Assembly (NCBI GenBank): GCA_965242925.1
Contig: CBDEUM010000012.1
Span: 64,001-128,000, forward strand
Origin: Roseibacillus sp.
Lineage (GTDB): Bacteria; Verrucomicrobiota; Verrucomicrobiia; Verrucomicrobiales; Akkermansiaceae
Direction of reading: 5' to 3'
DNA length: 64,000 nt
A program made the position numbers and the translations under genes. Below, in pieces: positions 10,207-19,518 of the stretch. The notes under the pieces were generated by a model. That model saw only the letters and a list, made by a program, of their open reading frames with translations, searched no databases and was not told the origin of the DNA. Every line of letters begins with the position of its first letter. Positions within the stretch are counted from its first letter, which is position 1.

Positions 10207-11466
10207 TCAGGACCCGATGCAATAGAGCATGGAAAGCGAGCGCGCATAGATCCGTCCCCCGATCGGAGCGAGGCAGGCCCGGAAAATCTCGTCAACCTCC
10301 GCTCCCAGCACATTGGTTCTGATAACCTCGAAGCGCTTGCCGGGCTTGAGCACCACGGTCTTCCCTCCGTAAACGGACTGGATGAGAACCTGTCCGTCCA
10401 CCACAAGTGGTGCCGCGGCATATTCCCCCTTCACTCCAAGATGTTCCTGCCAGTGGATCCTGCCGGTCCCGGCGTCGTAACAGGAAGCCAATCCGGACAT
10501 CGATATGACAATCAGGAAATCGCCCACCACCACGGGGGAGGGCAGGTCCCGTCCACCCCGGCGCGGCGCATGCCACACCATGCGGGATTTGGTGACGTCC
10601 CCGGATCCCCCTGGTTTCACCGCATAGGTGTCGCCTGGTTTGCCGTTAACGACATAAAGGAGCCCGTTCGAAAAGTCCGGAACCGGTGAACCCCGTCCGT
10701 TGAAGCCCCGGCAGAACCAGAGCTCCTTCCCGTTCTTCGGATCATAACTCCGAACCCCGAGTTCTCCATTCAGCACCAGTTCCTTCTTTTCCCCCGTCTC
10801 GATCAGGACCGGTGTACTCCACCCGCCCCGCGGCTTGTCTTCGCGCGCCGTCTGCCACAATGGCTCACCGGTGCTCAGATCGAGCGCCACCAATGATGAT
10901 GCGCCCTCCGCATCACAGTTCTGGATCACCATGTTTCCCACGATGACCGGGGAGGCGGCCACGCCCCACGGCCCCGGAAAGTCGCCAAACTCCCTCGACC
11001 AGAGCTTCTGCCCTTCCAGATCGTAGCAATGCAGGCCGGCCGGACCGAAAAAAGCCACCACCCGCTCGCCATCAGTGGCGCAGGTCGGGGTAGCGTAGCT
11101 ATTCATGCGGTGGGGCTTCTCCGGAGAGGCGCATCCGATGGTCTTGTCCCAGAGGAGCTTTCCGCTCCTACCGTCCAGGCAGTAGAGGTAGCGCTCCCGA
11201 CCGTTATCGGAGGCTCCAGTGAGAAACAATTTTTGGCCCCAGTTCACCGGCGAGGACTGACCCTTCCCTTTCAGGGGAACCTTCCAGAGAACCGACTCGG
11301 CGGACCACTTGAGCGGCACATCCCTGGCAGTGGAGTGCCCTCTCCCGCTTGGACCACGAAACTGGGGCCAGTTCTCCTCGCCCTGCACTTTCGCATGAGG
11401 AAGAACAAACAGGCAAAGGACAAGAACCGGGAAGGAGTGAACTGAGGAATGGTGACTGATTCTCAT
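10207..11466 (-). CDS. PQQ-binding-like beta-propeller repeat protein (BamB-like, PVC-expanded family)
   Basis: Signal peptide, ENWPQFRGPSGRG, GxSSPV, repeated 'G..LW' motifs, terminal LYCIG. Confidence 0.85.
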   Translation of the reverse strand: MRISHHSSVHSFPVLVLCLFVLPHAKVQGEENWPQFRGPSGRGHSTARDVPLKWSAESVLWKVPLKGKGQSSPVNWGQKLFLTGASDNGRERYLYCLDGRSGKLLWDKTIGCASPEKPHRMNSYATPTCATDGERVVAFFGPAGLHCYDLEGQKLWSREFGDFPGPWGVAASPVIVGNMVIQNCDAEGASSLVALDLSTGEPLWQTAREDKPRGGWSTPVLIETGEKKELVLNGELGVRSYDPKNGKELWFCRGFNGRGSPVPDFSNGLLYVVNGKPGDTYAVKPGGSGDVTKSRMVWHAPRRGGRDLPSPVVVGDFLIVISMSGLASCYDAGTGRIHWQEHLGVKGEYAAAPLVVDGQVLIQSVYGGKTVVLKPGKRFEVIRTNVLGAEVDEIFRACLAPIGGRIYARSLSMLYCIGS

Positions 11467-11585
11467 GGCGCAGTGCTACTGGTTGGTCCGCGAATATTCG
11501 CGTTCTGTCGGGGCAGATTAAAGGGAAAACGACCTGATTCCTGAAATCGCCCCTGTTTTTCCGGTCCTTCATCATCGGCCCTTGC

Positions 11586-11928
11586 TTGTTCACCCTTCCA
11601 CTGCTCCTCATCCATCAACTCTACCTCCTGCAAGCGCCGCTGCTCCCTTTGGCCCTTGCCCAGTCCTCTTTCCTGGTGAGTTGTGCCACCCATGACGCCG
11701 GCAGGCCCGCCACCCGCTTCCAGTCCTCCGGCAAACTCCCTTCCCTCAACCTGTCTTACTGGTCAGCCGACGAGGGATCCGGCCCCGTCAAGGTGCACCT
11801 CAATCGAGGCAGGCAACGGCTCCAGGTGGGACGGAACGGTCAAGGTCGGCACCCCGGTCACCATCGAACGGGGCCACTCCGACCCCTGGATCGTCTGGCC
11901 TGCAGGGCATCCGCTTGCAGGACGATAG
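11586..11928 (+). pseudogene. Internally deleted L,D-transpeptidase (YkuD-like) lipoprotein relic
   Basis: One frame gives lipobox FLVSC and SYWSADEGSGPVKVHLNRGRQRLQV. After a frame change near 11830-11838 comes VKVGTPVTIE, the typical YkuD C-terminal strand. The catalytic His/Cys core is absent. Confidence 0.5.
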
Positions 11929-11948
11929 GGCCAGGACAGGCAGCCGGT

Positions 11949-13061
11949 TCAGACCGAAACCCAGCATCCTGCTTCCACCGACTGCGAGGCGGCATCGGTG
12001 AACTTCTGTGCGATCCAGCCGTCTTCCAGGCTGGGGTGTTCATTGGAACCGTCCTCTCCCCTGATAACAGGAGCCAGCGAAGGAAACACCCACCGGGAAA
12101 AACGGTTGCCGAAACCCTCATCCGGTTCGTTGGCAACAACCCGCTTCTCCTGATCGGGAGTCACCAGGATGACCTCCCCCGACCAACGATCGATGCTTAA
12201 GGAGGCCGAGGTCCCGTGTAGTTCCAGTTCCGGGGCCAGGTGCTTGCGCAGGAAGGTCGCATGGGAGAGCAGGTAGGTTCCCACCGCCCCGTTGGCATAA
12301 CGGCAGGACACGCTGGCATAATCAACTGTTTCACCCTGCCTCGAATGCTCCACTTCCTTCGTCCCCTCGTTGCCCCAGTCGATCGCCTCTCCCAAGTTGA
12401 TCTCTCCGAGATCCGCCTTGGAGGGAGTAAGGGTCTCGCCGTGCGCCAGGACACTGGTCGCTTCCGCCCCGATGATCCAACGCACCACGTCGTAGGCATG
12501 GGATCCCACGTCCGCAATCGTCCCCGCCGAGGACAACATGGGATCATCACGCCAGGTCAACGGCATGGCGGCGGGCCGCGGATTCTGCCAACGGAAGACG
12601 GTCGAGACGATCTCTCCCAGTTCGCCCGCGGTCACCATCTCCCGTGCGATCTCAAAGACCCGCACCATCCGCGTCCAAAAGGGCACGAAGTGGGCCAGAG
12701 CCGGGCGGGCATCCCGGTAGAGCCCCCACATCTCCTCTGCTTCCGCGGCGTTCATTCCCACCGGCTTTTCGCAGAGCAGGTGCTTCCCCTGCTCCGCACA
12801 GGCGAGCACGGCTTCGTGGTGCAGGGCATCAGGCGTTCCCACAATCACGAAATTCACCTCGGGGTGCTCAACCACTTCCCGCCAGTCCGGCGTGGCCAAC
12901 TGCGCACCATCCTCCTCTGCCGCCTTGGCCAGGAGATCTTTCCGCCGGGCACAAACCGCTACAATGTCTGCCTCTTCACACTCCCTGATCTCAGCGCGGT
13001 AGGGAGCTCCGATGAATCCGGTCGCACCCAGCACGCCCACCTTGAAGAGAGAATCCGCCAT
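11949..13061 (-). CDS. Gfo/Idh/MocA family oxidoreductase
   Basis: Rossmann GVLGATGFIG, TPDALH, HLLCEKP, DVGSHAYD. Confidence 0.9.
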   Translation of the reverse strand: MADSLFKVGVLGATGFIGAPYRAEIRECEEADIVAVCARRKDLLAKAAEEDGAQLATPDWREVVEHPEVNFVIVGTPDALHHEAVLACAEQGKHLLCEKPVGMNAAEAEEMWGLYRDARPALAHFVPFWTRMVRVFEIAREMVTAGELGEIVSTVFRWQNPRPAAMPLTWRDDPMLSSAGTIADVGSHAYDVVRWIIGAEATSVLAHGETLTPSKADLGEINLGEAIDWGNEGTKEVEHSRQGETVDYASVSCRYANGAVGTYLLSHATFLRKHLAPELELHGTSASLSIDRWSGEVILVTPDQEKRVVANEPDEGFGNRFSRWVFPSLAPVIRGEDGSNEHPSLEDGWIAQKFTDAASQSVEAGCWVSV

Positions 13062-13191
13062 GGCTGATGCCTTTAGCGGTCCAATTTGCCGTGGTCGATC
13101 CTCGATTGTATCCTTGCGCTCCCCGCAGGGGGATTTCTACTACCCTCAATTCCGATCCAAGTCCGACCTGTCCGCCTGAACTTCGAAGGCC

Positions 13192-13935
13192 ATGTTCAAG
13201 ATCCAAGTCCATGTTGCATCTCCCCGGCGGGCTCTCTATCTCGATGCAATTGCCCGGATGCCCGAGGTTGAGCTCGTCGAGGAGGGTGCCGATGCCCTTG
13301 TCACCGACACCGTCGGGGATCCATCTCTTCCCACCCTGCTCGATGCTCCGGAAGAAGGTGACCCCACCCGGTTGTCAAACCTCCAGGGGGCTCCCTTGAT
13401 GCCAGCTCATGAGTGGCGCTTCGCCCCCAATGTGATCCCGGTGCAGGAGAGCAGATCCCAGGGACAACTCGGCGAACCCGGTCTCCTGCGCATCCACTAC
13501 TGGCTGGCACAAAAGAAATGCCCCCGCACCGTGTCCTTCCACCAGATCGATCTCGCCCATTGGTTTTTCTCCTCCCCACCTGACTCGGTATACTGTCATG
13601 CCTGTCAGGATTACCTGCTGATTCATCTCGGCTACCCGGATGGCGGAATGGCACTCATCGATGTCGCCACCGACCGACCGGGCACCACGGATTACCACTC
13701 CATGCACCTGATCGGTTCCGATGGAGCAGCCTATGCGGATGACCACGAAAATACCCATCTCCTCCTTGGAAAAGCGGAAGCGACAGCCCTCATCCAACCG
13801 GTCAATGCCATCCTCACAATCCAGAACATGCTCGAGGAGTTTGTGGCGGGGATTCGTGAAAGCCGTCCCTGGAGCGTGAATCTGCAGGACACCCTCCATG
13901 TTCTCGCAACCCTGAAGGAGGTCTCCCATGCCTGA
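13192..13935 (+). CDS. Gfo/Idh/MocA-like protein with degenerate N-terminal Rossmann domain
   Basis: C-terminal half RFAP...GQLGEPGLLRIH...HQIDLAHWFF; no GxG or EKP motif. Stop overlaps the next ATG. Confidence 0.7.
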   Translation: MFKIQVHVASPRRALYLDAIARMPEVELVEEGADALVTDTVGDPSLPTLLDAPEEGDPTRLSNLQGAPLMPAHEWRFAPNVIPVQESRSQGQLGEPGLLRIHYWLAQKKCPRTVSFHQIDLAHWFFSSPPDSVYCHACQDYLLIHLGYPDGGMALIDVATDRPGTTDYHSMHLIGSDGAAYADDHENTHLLLGKAEATALIQPVNAILTIQNMLEEFVAGIRESRPWSVNLQDTLHVLATLKEVSHA

Positions 13936-15025
13936 ACATGTCTACCGCGCCCTCGTCCTGAGCGTTGTCAAACACGACTACCTGCCCAACGCGGTGGCGT
14001 CCCATCCCCGTTTCCAGTTGGTGGCGGTGGCCGACGACCCCGACTGCCCCGACTGGATTCACGAGCGCAATCAACTCTTCGCGGACCAGCACGGCATTCC
14101 CTACCACCGGGATGTGGAGGCAGCCCTCACCGATTGCGACCTGGTGGTGGTCAGCCCGGAAGCCGAGCGCCACTGTGATCTCGCCCGGCGGGCCGCCCGG
14201 GCCGGCAAGCACATCGTGGTGGACAAACCGCTCTCGCCCAGACTGGCAGAATGCGATGCTCTCGTTGCGGCGGTGGCGGAGAATCAGGTGAAATGCCTCG
14301 TCTGGAACCGGAACTTCCTCCCCTCCCTCGTGAAAACCCGGGCAACGCTGGAAAGCGGAGCCATCGGCACCCTGCAGGCCATCCACTGCGACTTCTATTT
14401 TTCCAAGGACGCTGGACCTCCGAAGGGTTCGCGTGGACCCGACGACCCACCCATCAACTGGCTCGAGCGCCAGTTGGAGGCTCACGCCGATGGCTCGGAC
14501 GGTGGCGTGGGAACCGAGCCCCTCGGTGAACTGCAGATCGAGGGCATCTACCCCCTCGCCTACATCCACATGCTTATCAATTCACCCGTCGAACGCGTCT
14601 TTGCCCGGACCACCGCTCACTTTCACCAGGCCAATGTCGACAACGATGTCGATGACCTTGCCACCGTCACACTGGAAATGGCCAATGGCTGCGTGGGATC
14701 CCTTTCCATCGGTCGGATCGGCGCTGCGGCCCACCCCGACATCGGGGAAATCAAACTGCACCTCCTGGGAAGCGAGGGATCGCTGGTCATCAGCGAGGCC
14801 CGGCCCGAGGTAGCTGTCTACGCCCGCAACCAGCCACCTGCCGAGTTCAGGCACCGGCGGATCGCTGACGAAAACAACTACCTCCTCATGCAGAACTTCG
14901 CTGAGGCCCTCGATCACGATAAAGACACCATTCTCAATGCCCGCGATGCACGGGATATTGCGGCCACCGTGCAGGCCGCCCTTGAGAGCGCCAAATCGGG
15001 AACCGTTATCGAAACTGCCAGATGA
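13928..15025 (+). CDS. Gfo/Idh/MocA family oxidoreductase
   Basis: GKHIVVDKPL, GAIG, DDLATVTLEMANG. ATGA coupling with the next gene. Confidence 0.85.
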   Translation: MPEHVYRALVLSVVKHDYLPNAVASHPRFQLVAVADDPDCPDWIHERNQLFADQHGIPYHRDVEAALTDCDLVVVSPEAERHCDLARRAARAGKHIVVDKPLSPRLAECDALVAAVAENQVKCLVWNRNFLPSLVKTRATLESGAIGTLQAIHCDFYFSKDAGPPKGSRGPDDPPINWLERQLEAHADGSDGGVGTEPLGELQIEGIYPLAYIHMLINSPVERVFARTTAHFHQANVDNDVDDLATVTLEMANGCVGSLSIGRIGAAAHPDIGEIKLHLLGSEGSLVISEARPEVAVYARNQPPAEFRHRRIADENNYLLMQNFAEALDHDKDTILNARDARDIAATVQAALESAKSGTVIETAR

Positions 15026-15837
15026 CCGCCAACGAACTCAAATCGATCCTGCATGGCGGCGAGCGCGTCGTCCTGGGAACCTGCCTCGTCTCACCCTCGC
15101 CCAAATGGCCACCGGTTTTGCGGAACTGCGATCTCGATTTCGTCTTCATCGACACCGAGCACATCGCCATCAACCGTGAAACGGTTTCCTGGATGTGCCG
15201 CACCTACAGCGCGATGGGAATTCCTCCCCTCGTCCGCATCCCGACCCAGGACCCCGATGACGCCACGGTCGTCCTGGACGACGGCGCTGCCGGCGTCATC
15301 GTGCCCTACGTCGAAAACCCCGAGGTCGTTCGGGCAATGGTGGGCGCAACGAAGCTGCGACCCCTCAAGGGTGAACGTGCCCGCCAAGCCCTCGACGGAG
15401 AGGCCCTCGAACCGGAACTGCGGAGCTACATAGACGACCATAATTCCGATCACATCCTGCTCACCAACATTGAGAGCGTACCGGCCATGGAAAACCTGGA
15501 TCAAATCCTGGAGGAGCAGGGACTCGACTGCGCCCTTATCGGTCCGCACGACCTGTCCACCAGCCTCGGAGTCCCCGAACAATACGACCACCCGAAATTC
15601 CTTGAAGCCTGCGCCTTCATCCTGGGCAAGGCCCGCGCGGCCGGGATCGGCGCCGGCATCCATCACTGGCTCGCTCCAGAAAAGCAGGTCCAGTTCGTCG
15701 AGATGGGTGCCAACCTCCTGATCCACAAGGCCGACGCCATTTTCCTCTCCGAGGGCCTTCAGACACAACTCCGGGAAATCCGGGAACGGCTGGGACAGGA
15801 AGATCAGACCGGGGATGCCGGTCAGGTCACGATCTGA
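15022..15837 (+). CDS. HpcH/HpaI aldolase family protein
   Basis: DFVFIDTEH, PLVRIP, GVIVPYVE, NIES, IGPHDLS motifs. Confidence 0.9.
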   Translation: MTANELKSILHGGERVVLGTCLVSPSPKWPPVLRNCDLDFVFIDTEHIAINRETVSWMCRTYSAMGIPPLVRIPTQDPDDATVVLDDGAAGVIVPYVENPEVVRAMVGATKLRPLKGERARQALDGEALEPELRSYIDDHNSDHILLTNIESVPAMENLDQILEEQGLDCALIGPHDLSTSLGVPEQYDHPKFLEACAFILGKARAAGIGAGIHHWLAPEKQVQFVEMGANLLIHKADAIFLSEGLQTQLREIRERLGQEDQTGDAGQVTI

Positions 15838-15881
15838 AACGGATTCCGGCGCCGCGACAGGATCCTCGTCTACCCCGGAAC

Positions 15882-18800
15882 TCAGTTCCAGACCCGAAGA
15901 CGGGCGAAGAGCCGGGCCCCTGCCGGGTCGGGGGAATCCGCGCGCCAGGTTTCAATCACCAGTCCGTCGTTATTTCCGCTCGGCGTCTGACTCACCAGGA
16001 CTCCTCCCGCCGTCCAGGTCACGAGATCAGAGGAAAACTCGACCGCGTAGTTCAGTTCATCCGCGGCCACCTCCCGGGTGAAGGTCAAGGTGAGAAACGA
16101 CTCCTCGCCGTTGTCCATCGTAAAAATCCCGGCCCCGGCCACCGGCAGAAACTCCTCGGAGGCCACCATGGGATCTCCCCCGAGGAAGAACTCCAGCATG
16201 GTCACCATCCCGTCGTCGTCTCCATCCCCGAAATCCTCGGAAACCTCGTGATGCTCTTTCCAGGCGGCGTAATCCAAGGTGTCATCGTCTCCCGGTGTTC
16301 CTTCAGGATAACGACTGATGCGCCAGTTGGCCGGGTCATTGTGATCCGGCCTGAGAATTTCGTCCACATTCCGGAGCACCAGACTGAATTCACCATCCCC
16401 GCCAGGAGGCCAGGGAAGCTTATCGGCATACTCGTCAATGTCATGAATGGTGGTGCCTGCTCCAAAGGAGAGTTTCAGGCGCTCGCCACTGTTGCGCAGG
16501 TTGTCATTGGGATATTCCCCGGCAATGGGCAGTCCTGCCCCATAACGCACCTCAAAGGCGGCCCGATTCTTAACCACCAGGACGTATTCTCCCGGCTCCA
16601 GCGTCTCCATCCCGCTGCCCCCGAAGTCAAAGTCGATCCCCTTGGTAAAGCGAACGTTGCGCAGGTCGAGGGCGGTGGGTCCGACATTCTTCAGTTCCAG
16701 ATACTCGAACTCGTCCCGGTTGGTGGAAATGAGGCGCTCTTCTCCCACTGGCTCGGGCGGGTGGTACATGAATTCCGAGATGCGCAGGTCACGCAGATGA
16801 TCGGAGATATTGGGCGCAGTGGCCTGGAACTCCACGGGCTGGGACCAATGGCTCCACCGGCCGGCGGCATCCTTCATCCGCACCCGCGCCCGGTAGGTCC
16901 TGCCCACCCTGACCGCCAGGGGAGGAAACTGGTAGGCCCCATCAAAGGCTGCCAACTCCCCCGACTTGAAGCCCCCTCGATCTCGTAGATGTTGGGCCGG
17001 GCAGGATCGTAATCCGCCACCGCCGGATTGTGGACCTCGGCCAAGCGCCACTCCATGGCCGCGAAACGCGACCGACTGGGGCTGGAAAAGGTGCTGCAGT
17101 TGAAGGTCAGTCCGTCCGACGGATAGCCTTCCGGCCCGGTATAGGTGATCGTCGGTTTTCGGGGGACATCGTCCTCCTGGCTCAGAAGCGTCCTGGACAT
17201 CCAGTTCCCCCGCGATGTGATCCATGTCTTCACGACGCGCACCATCCCGGCAAAATCCCTGGTGGAGGAGATATCGTAGTAGCGGTCCTTGTGATTCAGA
17301 CGCGGGTGATTATCCCACATGCGCCGATCGACATCCACGAGGGAGGGCTCTTCCGGGGTGTAGACGAACTTCATGGTCTCATCCACCAGCTTGTAGCCCT
17401 CGTCACGATTGAAGAGCAGGTCGAGAATCTCGCGCACACGGTTCTGGTAGTCGGTATTGAAGGCCGGATTCTGGGCCACCTTCGATTTGAAATCGTGATT
17501 CCCATTGCCATACATGTTGTTGGCGAAGGTGAGATCAAGATCCCAGGGGAGGAGCTCGAATTTGTCGGTCTCCGGGTTGTGGTAGTAGAAATAGTTCTTA
17601 CCGTAGGCGATATCGTAATGGTGAATGGCTTCCACCACCGTGCGATAGCTGAAGTATTTCTCGATGTTGAAATTATCCTGCCACCATTGCGCCGAGGGAT
17701 TCCTGCCGCGGTAACCGCTGATAAACGCGGAAACATCGGAGCGGTTTTTGACCTGGGTGGGGCCCTGGTTGTTGGATTCCCCGCTGTGTCCCTCGATCTT
17801 GTAGAGATTGCCGTCAGGCAGACCGTGCTCGTCCAGAAACTGCCCGTCCAACTGTTCGACGGCGAGGAAGAGCCCATAATAATCTGTCCCATACTGCGAG
17901 CGCTCCGGACGGGACTGGTCAATGACGTAGAACTGCACGTGATGGGTCTTGCTGGCTTCCACTCCGCAGAGCTCAAAGAGACGGAATCCCACTCCCTCGA
18001 AGAGTCCCTGCTCTCCCCGGTGCTGAAAATTCACCTGCTGAACGATGGAGGAGAAATTCAGTTTGCTCCACTTGGTGTCGTACTCGTTTCCGTATTCATC
18101 CCGGGCCTGGAATCGGTGCCCGCGATTGAAATCAAACTTCCAGAAATTCTTGCCGAACTGGAAGCGGTGCACTCCTCCCCGGGGCCGGTAACGGATATGG
18201 TCGTAGACCCTCCCTTCGTAGACAAGCGTCCCGGGCCAGAGATATTCCGATCCTCCGTATCCCCCAAACTGCGATTCGTCCACCCAGGAGGACTTGCTCA
18301 GCAGGAAGTAGGTCGGGATACTGGACATCAGTTCTCCCGGATAAGTCACCGGGGGGTCTCCCTCCCGGATCCCACCCCTCCAGTCGGGGGTCCCATTATA
18401 GACAAAGTAGGCGAAGTTGGATTGCGGATCATCCTCGTAGGGAACCTGCACCGAGCTTCCTCCGGCATCCTCTACCGTGATGCGATAACGTACCAGGTAG
18501 CGGTTCCGGTTCACATTGAAAGGCACGGTCCCGGTATAGACGCCGTCCCCGGCCTCTTCATCGTCGCCCTGGCCATCATCGGTCATGGGCAGATCCACCC
18601 ATCCACGGTCATAGGCCGGATCAAGGTTTGCCGTCCCGTTCTGGCTATACTTGAGGTAACGGCCGAAATAAGCCCCGGCTCTCACCAGCTGGTAGGACAG
18701 CGTCACGGAGTCCACCCCATCCGGATCAGTCACCTGGGCCGTGATCACGACCGGTTCGTTGGAAACCGGTTGCCGGGGAGAGTGGGAGACCTGCCTCGTC

Positions 18801-19366
18801 TGGGGCGGCGCCTCGGTGGAGTAGGTCACATTCCGCAGACCCGGGCTGGGTCGCCCGGATCTCCAACTCCCGCCCAGATCGGTTTCCAGGGCCGGATGAA
18901 TCAACTGGATGGACGGGCTCACTCCTGCCACCAGGTCCCCGACGGTGGGCCAGGGAAACCCCAGACGATAATCCACCTGGCTCACCACCGCACCTTCCGG
19001 ATCCCGCAGGTTCACCGTCTCCCCGCTGTTGCGGAGTCTGCCACTCCACGGCCCGAGCGCTCCACCCCGCCGGAACTTGCTCTCGATGGTCACCGGATCC
19101 TGGGCGATGATCAGATACGCTCCGCTCTCAATCCTGGTGGCCGGCGGAAAGAGGAAATCGACCCCTCCGGATATTTCCCAGCCCTCGAGACTGACTGCAG
19201 ATTCAGTGGGATTGAATACTTCAATAAACTCCGCCGTCACCGTCTTATCGGCCTCGTCGTAGTGAATTTCGTTGATGACGAGCGAAGGCACGTCGAGTTG
19301 AGCGAAGGCACTCTGGACTGCGGTCAGCAGGCCGACGACATAAAGGATACGGCGGACGGATTGCAT
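15882..19366 (-). CDS. CotH kinase-like / lamin-tail domain secreted protein, frameshifted at ~16972-16976 (about 1160 aa when joined)
   Basis: ORF 16874..19480 has a signal peptide from ATG 19366, LTD VINEIHY and CotH motifs KNYFYY and LPWDLDLTF. ORF 15882..17225 has LTD ISEFMYHP and the C-terminal domain. Adding one G to a G5 run joins them as IYEIEGGFKSGEL. Confidence 0.8.
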
Positions 19367-19518
19367 GGATCGGGGGTATGGGGAAATACAACCTGCCCCG
19401 GCCTCTGCGTCAAAGCAAACCCTGTCACGCATAAAATCCGGCCCGTCGTCCCATGCACTTTTGACTGTAGAAAGATGCATTCCGAGGTTAAAGGAGTGGA
19501 TCCGGAAGCTCTGAATCC

